Of a DNA stretch of 64,000 bases, positions 29,485-40,168 are shown piece by piece. The stretch's first letter is position 1. Each line of letters opens with the position of its first letter. Below the pieces are notes generated by a model. The model saw only the letters and a program-made list of their open reading frames with translations, was not told where the DNA came from and did no database searches. This DNA comes from Spirochaetia bacterium (lineage in GTDB: Bacteria; Spirochaetota; Spirochaetia; CADAEX01). The stretch spans positions 2,784,001 to 2,848,000 of the forward strand of contig OY759746.1 of the NCBI GenBank assembly GCA_963662795.1. Direction: 5' to 3'. Made by a program: the position numbers and the translations under genes.

Positions 29485-30525
29485 ATGGGATTTATCAGCA
29501 AGATCAGCAGCGCTTTTACATCGGATATCGGTATTGATCTGGGAACTTGTAACACACTGATATATGTCAGGGGAAAGGGTATTGTTGTATCTGAACCGTC
29601 TGTTGTTGCTGTTGAAAGGGGAACAAAAAAAGTTGTCGCAGTAGGGACAGACGCAAAGAAAATGTTGTGGAAAACCCCTGGTGATATTATAGCAATAAGA
29701 CCTCTTCGCGATGGTGTAATTGCAGATCTTGAAACAACTGAAAAAATGATCAGATATTTTATATCAAGAGTTCTTCCCAAAAGATGGCTTGTAAAACCCA
29801 GAATGGTAATAGGCGTACCAAGCTGCATAACAGAAGTTGAAAGAAGGGCTGTGGAAGAAAGCGCTTATAAAGCCGGGGCCAGAGAAGTCAAGGTTATCGA
29901 AGAATCCCTTGCTGCTGCTATAGGAGCTAATATACCGATTTTTGAACCGGCAGGCCACATGGTGTGTGATATCGGAGGGGGGACAACAGAGATTTCCGTT
30001 ATTTCTCTTGGAGGTATGGTTGTAAGCAATGCCATAAGGCTTGGAGGTGATGAATTTGATGAAGCCATTATCAAGCATGTGCGGAGCGTCCATAACCTGA
30101 TAATTGGAGAACAGACTGCGGAAAACCTCAAGATAAAAATAGGAAATGCCTATTCGGATAAAAAGATTGAAAGAATGGAAATAAAAGGGACAGACGCAAT
30201 AACCGGTCTTCCCAGAAGGCTTGAGATGGATTCTATCGAAGTGAGAGAGGCTCTTCAGGAACCGGTAAATGCAGTAATTGAAGAAATAAAAAGAACCCTG
30301 GGACAGACGCCGCCGGAACTGGCCGCAGATATAGTTGAGAGAGGAATTGTAATGACCGGAGGAGGATCACTTCTGGCGGGCCTTTCAAACCTGATTTCAA
30401 AAGAGACGGGGGTTCCTGTAATACTTGCGGAAGAGCCGCTTAACTGTGTCGCTCTTGGCGCAGGGATGTACTACGATTTTGCTAAAAATTCTTCCAATAA
30501 AACAATCTACAACTCATTAAACTGA
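29485..30525 (+). CDS. mreB: Rod shape-determining protein MreB
   Basis: [44 protein letters not shown]; ATG 29485 after GGAGG. Confidence 0.98.
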   Translation: MGFISKISSAFTSDIGIDLGTCNTLIYVRGKGIVVSEPSVVAVERGTKKVVAVGTDAKKMLWKTPGDIIAIRPLRDGVIADLETTEKMIRYFISRVLPKRWLVKPRMVIGVPSCITEVERRAVEESAYKAGAREVKVIEESLAAAIGANIPIFEPAGHMVCDIGGGTTEISVISLGGMVVSNAIRLGGDEFDEAIIKHVRSVHNLIIGEQTAENLKIKIGNAYSDKKIERMEIKGTDAITGLPRRLEMDSIEVREALQEPVNAVIEEIKRTLGQTPPELAADIVERGIVMTGGGSLLAGLSNLISKETGVPVILAEEPLNCVALGAGMYYDFAKNSSNKTIYNSLN

Positions 30526-30538
30526 AGTTAAGACACAT

Positions 30539-31396
30539 ATGAGAAAAAAAAACGGAGAAAGCAGGATAAAAAAGGAAACTTTACTATTTATCCTGCTTTT
30601 ACTGGTTAATTCAGTCCTGATGGTATCTGACAGAAGGGGAAAAGAGGTCTTAAAACTTTCTGAACTGGGATTTTCATTCCTCTCGGTTTTTCAGCAGGGG
30701 TTCGCGTATTTTACGGATTTTATTAATGAAACCGGCAACTCAATCAATGAGCTTAAAAAAATAAAAACTGAATACAGGGATTTACTTAAAAAAGTTTCAG
30801 AATATGAATCTCTTGAAAAAGATTATCTTGACCTGAAAAGGGAAAACGAGGAGATGAGAAGGCAGCTTTCCCTGAGCGGCAACAGCAAAATGGAAAAAAT
30901 ACCTGCCCAGATAACAGGCAGCGATCCCGGTATTTTTTATAATACCATTATTATTGATAAGGGATCGAAACACGGCATAACAAAGGACATGGCGGTTGTC
31001 GCTTTCTATGAAGGCTTTCAGGGGCTTGTGGGACGGGTGATAGAGACAGGAGCTTATTCCTCAAAAATTATACCGCTTTATGATAAAAAATTCTCTGCAG
31101 CGGCAAGACTTCAGAATCTGAGATATGAAGGAATATTAAGCGGGAATGGCGACAGCAGGTCTCTTTGTCTTATGAATTATGTAAACAAAAACGCGAGAGA
31201 CAAGATCGGCTATGGAGATGTTGTTGTTACTTCCGGTATGAGCTCTATCTATCCGGGCGGAATTTACATCGGCAGGGTAAGAAGTGTTGTTGCGAAAGAA
31301 TATGAAACATCACTTGAGCTTGAGATTGAACCGGTTGTGGATTTTTCAAGACTTGAATATGTTTTTGTGCTGAAAAAAGAGACGGAAATTCAATGA
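30539..31396 (+). CDS. mreC: Rod shape-determining protein MreC
   Basis: LKRENEEMR, IIDKGSKHGI, GLVGRV, VVTSG, YPGGIYIG. Confidence 0.95.
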   Translation: MRKKNGESRIKKETLLFILLLLVNSVLMVSDRRGKEVLKLSELGFSFLSVFQQGFAYFTDFINETGNSINELKKIKTEYRDLLKKVSEYESLEKDYLDLKRENEEMRRQLSLSGNSKMEKIPAQITGSDPGIFYNTIIIDKGSKHGITKDMAVVAFYEGFQGLVGRVIETGAYSSKIIPLYDKKFSAAARLQNLRYEGILSGNGDSRSLCLMNYVNKNARDKIGYGDVVVTSGMSSIYPGGIYIGRVRSVVAKEYETSLELEIEPVVDFSRLEYVFVLKKETEIQ

Positions 31397-31899
31397 GAAA
31401 GAGTAAACTTTTATCAATAACAATAATTATGCTCCTTATTGTCGTACTCCAGAGCACCTTATTCAATAAACTTCCAGGGAGTTTTGTATTTCCTGATTTT
31501 ACACTTGTAATACTTGTATTTTTCTCCAACGGAAGGGGAAGAATGGAGGGGCAGGTAAGCGGATTTATAACAGGCCTGGCTGAAGATTTCTTAAGCCTTT
31601 CTCCCCCCGGATTTAACAGTTTTATAAAAACTGCTGTCGGCTATATTTACGGCAGTTTCAGGGGCAAAATATTTATTGACCCTATATTCTTCCCTGTTAT
31701 AATGGTTATGGTGGCGACATTGCTTAAAGCATTCTGCGCGCTTTTAATATCCGCCCTTTTTATTAAACCCGAAGCAGGTCCAGCCATATTTACCTCAAGG
31801 TTTGCCATTGAATTGGTTGAAAATTGTATTGCAGCGCCGTTTATTTTTGCCCTGATGAAAACTTTTAAATTCTATTCTGCCGAAGACAGGGGTTTTTAA
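31393..31899 (+). CDS. mreD: Rod shape-determining protein MreD
   Basis: Hydrophobic protein with PDF.L...GF..GL.ED; operon position. Confidence 0.9.
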   Translation: MRKSKLLSITIIMLLIVVLQSTLFNKLPGSFVFPDFTLVILVFFSNGRGRMEGQVSGFITGLAEDFLSLSPPGFNSFIKTAVGYIYGSFRGKIFIDPIFFPVIMVMVATLLKAFCALLISALFIKPEAGPAIFTSRFAIELVENCIAAPFIFALMKTFKFYSAEDRGF

Positions 31900-31900
31900 T

Positions 31901-33790
31901 ATGACCGCCGGAGACTTTCAGGCAGGAAGCAAGGAATCGCTAAAATCCAGAATTACTGTTATTATGATATTCTCACTAACGTTCCTTGTTATATATTCCG
32001 TCTACCTGTTCTCTCTTCAGATTGTCAAAGGACTTGAATATAAAAAGATGGCCTGGGCAGTTGCAATGCGGGAATCGGTAATTCCAACCCAGAGGGGTGA
32101 AATCTACGACAGGAATTATGATCTCCCCCTTGTCATGAATGTGGATCTTTTCGCTGTAGATATTATTCCTGCGGAACTTGATAAAGAGAAAGTTGATGAT
32201 GTAGTAAAAAAGCTTGCTGCAGTTCTTGAACTTGATGAAAATGACATAAGGGTAAAAATACCTTCGAAAGCGCTTCATCAATACAAACCTGTTGAGATCA
32301 AGGATGATATCAAATATGAGAAAATCCTCTATATAGCTGAAAATATTGAAAAATTCCCTGGAGTAACATGGAGGAGTAAACCTGTAAGAAGCTATCTTGA
32401 TTACGGATCAATATCTCATATCCTCGGATATGTTGGTGATATTACCAGAGAAGAACTTCAGGTTTTATATAACAGGGGTTATGCACCTGATTCAGAGCTT
32501 GGAAAAATGGGTATTGAAAAACAATATGATATGCTTCTCCGCGGTGAAACAGGGAGAAGGTACAGTACCGTAGACGTCAGGGGAAGAAAAACCGGGGAGT
32601 TCGGTGAAACAGAAGAAAAACCGCCTGTAATAGGTAAGTCACTTGTTCTTACTATCGACAGACATATACAGAAATTATGTGAAAAAGCACTTGGCGAAAG
32701 GGTAGGTTCCGTAGTTGTAATGAAGCCTTCCACAGGGGAAATTCTGGCCATGGTTTCGTACCCCTGGTTTAATCCCAATGAATTTTATGAAGATACAAAC
32801 TCGGAATATTTTAAATCACTTGCTCTTGATTCAAGGTTTCCGTTTCTCAACAGGGCAGTGCAGTCTGTATACGCGCCGGCCTCTGTATTTAAATTTATAA
32901 TGACTACGGCAATTCTTGAAGAAGAGGTCTTCTCTCCCTGGGAAAAAATAGACTGCAAAGGCAGCGTTCATCTGGGTGACAGAACATTTAACTGTCATAA
33001 AAAATCAGGACACGGATATCTTGATCTTGCAGGCGCTCTCGCTGAATCGTGCGATATATATTTCTGGACTGTAGGAAGGGAATATCTTGGTGTCGAAAGG
33101 ATTGCGGATTACGCCCGCCGTTTCGGCCTTGGGCAGATAACCGGAATTGACATTCCCGGTGAAGCAAAAGGGCTTGTTCCGACACCTGAATGGAAGGATT
33201 CAGCTTACCATGTCCCATGGCTTGGCGGAGATACATTCAATATGTCCATAGGACAGGGATACCTTGAAACAACCCCGATTCAGATTGCAAATGCCGTATC
33301 AATGGCTGTTAACGAAGGTGTAAATTACGTTCCCCACTTTATTAAACAGGTAAGGGATCCTGTTTCCGGTGAGATTATAGAGAATATTGAGCCCAAAATA
33401 CTTCACAGTACAACAATCAGAAAAGAAACTTTCCGCAAAGTAAAAGAGAACCTGAGGGGAGTTATAACAAAAGGGACGGCTAGGGTAGTTCTTACAACAA
33501 AAGCAACAGAAGTCGCGGGAAAAACAGGAACAGGAGAGGTCGGTTTCAAAGACAGGTGGACCTCCTGGTTTGCGGCATATGCCCCTTATGACAGCGTTGA
33601 TCCGGATGAACAGGTTGTTGTTGTTGTCATGGTTGAAGCAATAAACGAGTGGGAATGGTGGGCTCCAAAGGCGGCTAACGTTATATTTCAGGGTATTTTT
33701 TCTGATCAGAATTACGAAGAAGCTGCAAAGGAGCTTAATATCTGGTATCTCAAGACACCAAGGGATATTATAAGGGTCAGGGCTGAATGA
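31901..33790 (+). CDS. mrdA: Penicillin-binding protein 2
   Basis: RGEIYDRN, SVFK (SxxK), SCD, KTGT motifs. Confidence 0.95.
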   Translation: MTAGDFQAGSKESLKSRITVIMIFSLTFLVIYSVYLFSLQIVKGLEYKKMAWAVAMRESVIPTQRGEIYDRNYDLPLVMNVDLFAVDIIPAELDKEKVDDVVKKLAAVLELDENDIRVKIPSKALHQYKPVEIKDDIKYEKILYIAENIEKFPGVTWRSKPVRSYLDYGSISHILGYVGDITREELQVLYNRGYAPDSELGKMGIEKQYDMLLRGETGRRYSTVDVRGRKTGEFGETEEKPPVIGKSLVLTIDRHIQKLCEKALGERVGSVVVMKPSTGEILAMVSYPWFNPNEFYEDTNSEYFKSLALDSRFPFLNRAVQSVYAPASVFKFIMTTAILEEEVFSPWEKIDCKGSVHLGDRTFNCHKKSGHGYLDLAGALAESCDIYFWTVGREYLGVERIADYARRFGLGQITGIDIPGEAKGLVPTPEWKDSAYHVPWLGGDTFNMSIGQGYLETTPIQIANAVSMAVNEGVNYVPHFIKQVRDPVSGEIIENIEPKILHSTTIRKETFRKVKENLRGVITKGTARVVLTTKATEVAGKTGTGEVGFKDRWTSWFAAYAPYDSVDPDEQVVVVVMVEAINEWEWWAPKAANVIFQGIFSDQNYEEAAKELNIWYLKTPRDIIRVRAE

Positions 33791-35097
33791 GTTTAAAATC
33801 AAACCTTAATTTCGATTTTTTTATTCTCGCGAGCGTACTTATGCTTGCCGTGACAAGTATTTTATTTATTTATTCGAGCAATATAGCCTCTGACGGAACT
33901 TTAGTCTCCAATGAATATATAAAACAGATTGTATGGGTTTCTCTCGGCTTATTAATAATGGCCCTTATAATAATTATTGATTATAAACATGCAGAAAATT
34001 TTTCTGTCTATCTCTATTTTGGCCTGATTTTTCTCCTGATTATAACCTTGCTTTTCGGGAAAAAGGTAAACGGTGCAAGATCATGGCTTGGGATAATGGA
34101 TATAGGAATACAGCCGTCAGAATTTGCCAAAATAACAACAATAATAATGCTCTCATCATTTTACGCAAAGCGTTCCCGCAGCATGAAAAAACTGAAGACC
34201 CTTATGGAAGGATTTCTGATTGTCTTACTGCCTATGCTGCTTATTCTTGCCCAGCCTGATATGGGAACTGCTCTTGTATATATTCCTGTGTTTCTTGTTA
34301 TCAGTTTCGCCGCAGGCGCTTCTGTCAGACATATATCTTATATCATTCTGACCGGGTCAATCCTGATTATCCTTACCGTCTTCCCGGTCTGGATGCAGTT
34401 TATCTACAGCGCCAATAATGCATCTGCAGATTTTCTTATAGACCAGAAGCTTTACACTCTGCTGTTAATATCTTTTTCCGCAATAGTGATAATTTCCATT
34501 CTGGGTTATGTGTATACAAAAAAAACTTTTTACTACTGGAGCATCTATTCTTCCTCAATTATCTCGATAGGTATGGCAGGTTCCATTGCAGCCGGAAAAA
34601 TTTTAAAATCATACCAGATTATGAGGCTTGTAGTATTTCTTGATCCCTATATTGACCCGAAAGGGGCAGGATGGCACATTATCCAGTCTATAACCGCAGT
34701 AGGGTCCGGAGGAATCTTCGGCAAGGGATTTCTCAACGGGACGCAGAGTCACCTGAGATATCTTCCCCAGCAGTCAACCGATTTTATCTTTTCCATTATT
34801 TCTGAGGAAACAGGTTTTGCCGGATGTATCCTGATTTTTATCCTTTTTTTCATTATTATAATAAGGGGACTTATAATAGCCGCGTCTTCAAGGGACCTCT
34901 TCGGAGCCAATCTGGCAGCAGGGATTGTTGCGATGATCCTATTTCATTTTATCGTAAATATAGGAATGACAATGGGTATAATGCCCATTACAGGAATTCC
35001 TCTTTTGTTTCTTTCCTACGGAGGCTCTTCCCTCTGGACTGCCATGTCAGGAGCCGCCCTTCTTATCAATATATTTTTCAGACGGTACAGGTTTTAA
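33787..35097 (+). CDS. rodA: Rod shape-determining protein RodA (SEDS)
   Basis: GARSW, IQPSEFAK, QPDMGT, TDFIFS, MPITGIPL.FLSYGGSS. Confidence 0.96.
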   Translation: MSLKSNLNFDFFILASVLMLAVTSILFIYSSNIASDGTLVSNEYIKQIVWVSLGLLIMALIIIIDYKHAENFSVYLYFGLIFLLIITLLFGKKVNGARSWLGIMDIGIQPSEFAKITTIIMLSSFYAKRSRSMKKLKTLMEGFLIVLLPMLLILAQPDMGTALVYIPVFLVISFAAGASVRHISYIILTGSILIILTVFPVWMQFIYSANNASADFLIDQKLYTLLLISFSAIVIISILGYVYTKKTFYYWSIYSSSIISIGMAGSIAAGKILKSYQIMRLVVFLDPYIDPKGAGWHIIQSITAVGSGGIFGKGFLNGTQSHLRYLPQQSTDFIFSIISEETGFAGCILIFILFFIIIIRGLIIAASSRDLFGANLAAGIVAMILFHFIVNIGMTMGIMPITGIPLLFLSYGGSSLWTAMSGAALLINIFFRRYRF

Positions 35098-35100
35098 AAT

Positions 35101-37584
35101 ATGAATAAATTAACAGATATGGAACTCAGAAAAATACTGCTCAGGCTGGAAAATCCCGGCAGGTATGCGGGCGGGGAATTTGGGGCACACAATAACCGCA
35201 ATTTTAAAGAAACAGACCTTAAAATGGCAGTTTCGTATCCAGATCTATATGAGATCGGAATGTCCAATAACGCAATTAAAATATTATACAGTATATTAAA
35301 CAGTATTGACGGTGTTGTCTGCGACCGTGTTTTTACCCCGGCCCCTGATCTGGAGAAGCTTCTTGACTCGACCTCAGTTCCCCTTTTTACACTTGAAAAC
35401 CGCCTTCTGCTGAATGATCTGGATATACTGGGTTTCAGTTTCGGCTATGAGCTTACTGCGACCAATATTCTTAACATTCTTAAACTTGGAGGGATCCCCC
35501 TTAAAACAGACGAAAGGGAGGACTCCCATCCTATAATAATCGCGGGCGGGCCTGGAGTGACAAATCCCCTGCCTTACGGGGATTTTATCGATCTTTTTTT
35601 TATCGGTGAAGCTGAATCTGAAATTGCGCAGCTTGCAGAAAAAGCTTCTGTCCTTAAAAAGAGAGGTGCAGGCAGAAAAGAGATACTTGAAATGATGAGG
35701 GTAAATCCGCATCTCTGGTACCGGGGGAAAAAAGAGATAACAACACGGGCCGTTTATCAAAATTTCAGTAAAAAACAAAGCAGCTTTAAAAACTATCCTG
35801 TTCCCTCTGTCCGTGCTGTACAGGATAACGGAGTTGTTGAAATAATGAGGGGATGTCCCAACGGCTGCAGGTTCTGCCATGCAGGATATTACTACAGACC
35901 AAAGCGGGAAAAGCCTTATGACATTATTGAATCAGAGATAAATGATCTTGTTTTCGGCTGCGGCTACAGGGAAATAACACTCTCGTCCCTTTCCTCAGGT
36001 GACTACAGTTCAATTACATCCATCATAGGAAAACTCAACAAAAAATACTCAGGTCTCGGCGTCTCTTTCTCTTTTCCATCCCTTAAGCTAAGTACATTCA
36101 TCCTTCCGCTTCTGGCGGAAATTGGCGAAGTAAGGAAAAGCGGCTTAACTTTTGCGGTTGAAAGTCCCGACCCTTTTACACAAAAGAGCCTGAACAAGGA
36201 AGTCGAGATTGAACAGACAATAGAAATTATTCAGCAGGCCAAAAGGTCGGGATGGAGGGTCGCGAAATTTTACTTTATGATCGGCCTCCCCGGAACATCT
36301 GACCCGAATGCGGAAAGCGATAAAATTATTGATTTTCTTTTCAAGGTACAGGGCCGGACAGGAATCAATATAAATGTAAATATTGGAACTTTTATACCTA
36401 AACCCCATACTCCGTATCAATGGGCTTTCCAGATGGAAGAAGAAGAAGCATTAAAGCAGATTCACTATATGAAAAACAGGCTTAAAGGACAGAATATAAA
36501 GCTTGGGTATCAGTCTCCAATGATGTCATTTATCGAAGGTATATTTTCACGCGGCGATGAAAGGACAGGTAAGCTTCTTCATGATGCTTTTAACGCCGGA
36601 GCTAGGCTTGATGCCTGGGAAGAACATTTCAGCCGTGATATCTGGAAAAGTGCGATAGAAAAACAGAACTGGGATGTTGCCTCGGAAACTTACAGGGAGA
36701 AAAGCCTTGAAGAAAAACTTCCCTGGGACAACATTTCTCTTGGTGTATCAAAAAAATATTTTAAGGATGAATATAAAAAATCTCTTGCCGGTGAGCTTAC
36801 GGAAAGGTGTGAAGAGGTCTGCGGTTATAAATGCGGAGTCTGCGGAAATGATGTGTCTGTTGTTGAAGCTTTAGATGACAGTTCCGACGGTCCGGGCCAG
36901 CCTGATGATGTCTATACCCTTGCCTCCGGCACCGATAGATACAGGGTCATATTTTCATTCACAAAAAAGGGGAGCCAGATTTACCTGGGCCACCTTGATA
37001 TTATGAGGCTTTTTGAGAAAGCATTTCAGAGAAGCCGCCTCAGCATTCGTTTTACGGAAGGGTTTAATCCCAAGCCGCGGCTGGAATTTGCACATCCGTT
37101 AAGTCTCGGTATTGAATCGGATGAGGAAATAGCTTCAGTTGAAACTGACAGGGAGTATGAAAGCGGTTTTTTTATAGATCAGCTTAACAATGTCCTTCCG
37201 GAAGGGATAGCGCTTGTAAATGCGGTTTTCCAGAAGATAAACACAGGAGACAGGAAACTTTCTCTAATGTCTCTTTATACCGGCAGCAGGTACCGGATAA
37301 GCTATCCTGTATCCAAAGACTTTGGAATGCTTGTCGAAAATTATGTTGCAGAAAACAGCTTGTCTGAGTTTGTACAGATTGAAAACATGCCGGATGCGGG
37401 ACTTAATGAGAGCAATTATGAAAATTTCCGCATAACTGTAAAACAGGGGCATGGCAGCAGGGGACTGTTTAAAATATTGAAAGAAGCTACAGGACTTGAT
37501 AATCCCCTTGCAGATATCATAGCTGTAAGAGAAAAAATACTTGCAGGAAGTGAGCTGACAGATTATATCTCATTTTTCAGCTGA
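35101..37584 (+). CDS. TIGR03960-type radical SAM protein fused to TIGR03936/DUF2344 domain
   Basis: YPDLYEIGMSN, EIMRGCPNGCRFC, YFMIGLP, FIPKPHTP; C-terminal YLGHLD...FTEGFNPKPRLEFA.PLSLG. Confidence 0.9.
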   Translation: MNKLTDMELRKILLRLENPGRYAGGEFGAHNNRNFKETDLKMAVSYPDLYEIGMSNNAIKILYSILNSIDGVVCDRVFTPAPDLEKLLDSTSVPLFTLENRLLLNDLDILGFSFGYELTATNILNILKLGGIPLKTDEREDSHPIIIAGGPGVTNPLPYGDFIDLFFIGEAESEIAQLAEKASVLKKRGAGRKEILEMMRVNPHLWYRGKKEITTRAVYQNFSKKQSSFKNYPVPSVRAVQDNGVVEIMRGCPNGCRFCHAGYYYRPKREKPYDIIESEINDLVFGCGYREITLSSLSSGDYSSITSIIGKLNKKYSGLGVSFSFPSLKLSTFILPLLAEIGEVRKSGLTFAVESPDPFTQKSLNKEVEIEQTIEIIQQAKRSGWRVAKFYFMIGLPGTSDPNAESDKIIDFLFKVQGRTGININVNIGTFIPKPHTPYQWAFQMEEEEALKQIHYMKNRLKGQNIKLGYQSPMMSFIEGIFSRGDERTGKLLHDAFNAGARLDAWEEHFSRDIWKSAIEKQNWDVASETYREKSLEEKLPWDNISLGVSKKYFKDEYKKSLAGELTERCEEVCGYKCGVCGNDVSVVEALDDSSDGPGQPDDVYTLASGTDRYRVIFSFTKKGSQIYLGHLDIMRLFEKAFQRSRLSIRFTEGFNPKPRLEFAHPLSLGIESDEEIASVETDREYESGFFIDQLNNVLPEGIALVNAVFQKINTGDRKLSLMSLYTGSRYRISYPVSKDFGMLVENYVAENSLSEFVQIENMPDAGLNESNYENFRITVKQGHGSRGLFKILKEATGLDNPLADIIAVREKILAGSELTDYISFFS

Positions 37585-38361
37585 TTTTGCGCTGTTCCAG
37601 ATCCTGTCCATAACCTCGAGATTTTCCTGAATCATAGGGACATCAATTTCTTTCATCCCTTTTTCCACTATTTTGAAACGCCTCAGGAATTTTTCATTTG
37701 TATGGTGCAGTGCAATGGCAGGGTCAATTTTCAAAAATCTTGCCGCGTTGACAAGAGAGAACAGTACATCTCCGAATTCCTGTTCAATTTTAGCTTTTTC
37801 TTCGCCTGAAGTTATTTCATTTTCAAGCTCATTTATTTCTTCTTTCACCTTTTTCCATACATCTGTATGATTATTCCAGTCAAATCCTGCTTTGGAAGCT
37901 TTTTTCTGGAATCTATAAGCTCTTTCAAGCGGAGGTATACTTTTTGATATCCCGTCAAGACGGGAAAGCTCTTTGTTTTTATTTTCAACTGTCTGTTTTA
38001 TGATTTCCCAGTTTTTTTTGACCTCCTCAGGCGTATCTGCTACAGCATCAGAAAATACATGAGGATGTCTCCTTATGAGTTTTTCCGATATACCGTCTAT
38101 TACTTCAGTGAATCTAAAGATTCCCTCTTCCTCCTTGATTCTGCCTATCATTGCTATAAGAAGAAGAATATCGCCCAGCTCCTCTGCTGTGTGGGCATCA
38201 TCATTTTCAGATATTGCCTCTATACATTCATATACTTCTTCAAGAAGGTTTGTCTTAAGCGAATCGGCTGTCTGCGCCCTGTCCCAGGGACATCCGGATT
38301 CACTTCTCAGTTTTATAATGATTTCATAAAAGGATTTGAAAGATTCAGTAAGATTTTTCAT
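37570..38361 (-). CDS. mazG: Nucleoside triphosphate pyrophosphohydrolase MazG
   Basis: GCPWDRAQT, EE.YE, EELGD, KLIRRHPHVF, GFDW, EFGDVLF. Confidence 0.96.
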   Translation of the reverse strand: MKNLTESFKSFYEIIIKLRSESGCPWDRAQTADSLKTNLLEEVYECIEAISENDDAHTAEELGDILLLIAMIGRIKEEEGIFRFTEVIDGISEKLIRRHPHVFSDAVADTPEEVKKNWEIIKQTVENKNKELSRLDGISKSIPPLERAYRFQKKASKAGFDWNNHTDVWKKVKEEINELENEITSGEEKAKIEQEFGDVLFSLVNAARFLKIDPAIALHHTNEKFLRRFKIVEKGMKEIDVPMIQENLEVMDRIWNSAKSAEK

Positions 38362-38640
38362 GTAAAATACTCCAATCTGCTGCCGTTAAGGTTTTTATAT
38401 TCTACAGTTTCCATTTTTATGGCTCTTTTTGCAAGATGGCGGCAGTATAACAGCAGGATTACAGCGAATTAACTGATTTTTAATTCCAGCTGGAAGAAGC
38501 TGCTTGATTTTAAATCGAAATGATCACAGGAAATAATTCTGAAAAAAAGAAAATATATTGAAAATAAAAATTGACAAATAAAAAAAGTAGTATAATAATA
38601 GTTATTAACATTATAAATATATTTATAACAGGAGGACTAA

Positions 38641-39780
38641 ATGAAAAAAAATAGCTTAATGATAATTATTATCATGCTGATTGCTATTTTATTCTCTGGA
38701 TGCCAGGGAAAAAGTGCTGAGGAGGGTGCAGAAGTTGCAGCCGTTAAACAGGAAAAAATCAAGCTTAAAATGGCTACCTGCTGGACACCTAACTATGCAC
38801 TAATTGAACAGGACAAATACTGGTTATCTCTTGTAAATGAACTTGTTGGAGACCAGGTAGAAATCGAATTCTTTACGGCCGGCGAACTTGTAAAATCAAA
38901 TGAAGTTTTTGATGCTGTTTCAAACAACACAGTACAGATCGGTAGTGATTTTCCAGGGTACTGGGCAGGCAAGGACACTGCTTTTAACCTTGTAGCCTCA
39001 TTTCCGATGTGGATGGATGCCTATGACTACATCAACTGGCTTGAATTCGGCGGAGGACAGGCGGAATATGACAGGATCTATGGAAATTTCAATATTGTTC
39101 CGATCCCGCATGGCCCGATTACTGTAGAATCAGGCCCCCGGGGAACAAAACCTATTAAAGGCCTGGCTGATTACAAAGGACTTAAACTCAGGATGTCAGG
39201 GAAAAACCAGGGCAACATACTTGCTCAGCTTGGTGCTTCTCAGGTAAGTATTTCAAGTTCTGAAGTATATCAGGGGATGCAGAGAGGACTTCTTGATGCG
39301 GCGGAATCCTGTACACCGGAATTTGACTGGGGCCTTGGATACGGTGAAATCACACAGTTCTCAAGCCATCCAGGCTGGCATCAGCCCGGTTCAATGTGTA
39401 ACCTTCTTTTTAACAAGGATGCATGGGATAAACTCCCTCCGCATATTCAGAGCGCTTTCAGGATAGCAGCGAAGGCCACAATGGCAAGAACACTGGCATT
39501 CCAGGATTACAGCTCAGCAGACGGAACAGAAAAATTCAGAGGAGCAGGAGTCAAGGAATATAAACTGCCAATGGAAGATCTTAAGAAACTTGCAAATCTT
39601 TCTCTGGAACAGATTTATAAGGAATCTGCAGCAAATCCGTCTTTTGCCAAGATAGCATTATCAATGGGTGAATATCTTCATCACTATGCACCCTGGAGAG
39701 AGCTTTCCTATCCTTTTAACCACGGCTGGAAAGATAATCCCCTTCCTGATCTTGATAAAATCAGGTCATACGCCAAATAA
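38641..39780 (+). CDS. dctP: TRAP transporter solute-binding lipoprotein (TakP-like)
   Basis: Lipobox LFSGC; AGELV...EVFDAVS, YWAGKD, GLKLRMSG (conserved Arg), PGWHQP. Confidence 0.92.
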   Translation: MKKNSLMIIIIMLIAILFSGCQGKSAEEGAEVAAVKQEKIKLKMATCWTPNYALIEQDKYWLSLVNELVGDQVEIEFFTAGELVKSNEVFDAVSNNTVQIGSDFPGYWAGKDTAFNLVASFPMWMDAYDYINWLEFGGGQAEYDRIYGNFNIVPIPHGPITVESGPRGTKPIKGLADYKGLKLRMSGKNQGNILAQLGASQVSISSSEVYQGMQRGLLDAAESCTPEFDWGLGYGEITQFSSHPGWHQPGSMCNLLFNKDAWDKLPPHIQSAFRIAAKATMARTLAFQDYSSADGTEKFRGAGVKEYKLPMEDLKKLANLSLEQIYKESAANPSFAKIALSMGEYLHHYAPWRELSYPFNHGWKDNPLPDLDKIRSYAK

Positions 39781-39792
39781 TTCAAGATTATA

Positions 39793-39833
39793 ATAAAATC
39801 CCTGTTTCAGATGAAATGAAACAGGGATTTTAT
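39793..39833 (+). terminator. 17-bp perfect stem-loop between dctP and dctQ (stabiliser or partial terminator)
   Basis: ATAAAATCCCTGTTTCA-gatgaaa-TGAAACAGGGATTTTAT. Confidence 0.8.
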
Positions 39834-40168
39834 AAATAACCGAATCTGGAGATTTTATGCTTAAAATATTAGATATCATTGATACAATCAATGAGTGGGT
39901 CGGCAAGGTATTCAGGTGGGCCATAGTCTTACTTGCACTTACAATGTGCTACGAGGTTGTGCTCCGCTATGTATTCAATAATCCGACTATCTGGTCATTT
40001 GAGATCAGTACCGCGTTATACGCAACTACATTCATGATGGGAGCAGCTTACGCGCTGCTTTACAAGGCCCATGTCTCCATCGATCTGTTCTATGAAATGC
40101 TTGGAGTACGGGGAAGGGCGATTCTTGATATTATCTCTTCCGTCATTTTCTTTTTTCCTTTTCTCATT

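Noticed and set aside
37570-38361. MazG as part of a toxin-antitoxin or anti-phage system
   Set aside because: Ordinary two-domain housekeeping MazG with no mazEF or defence genes adjacent
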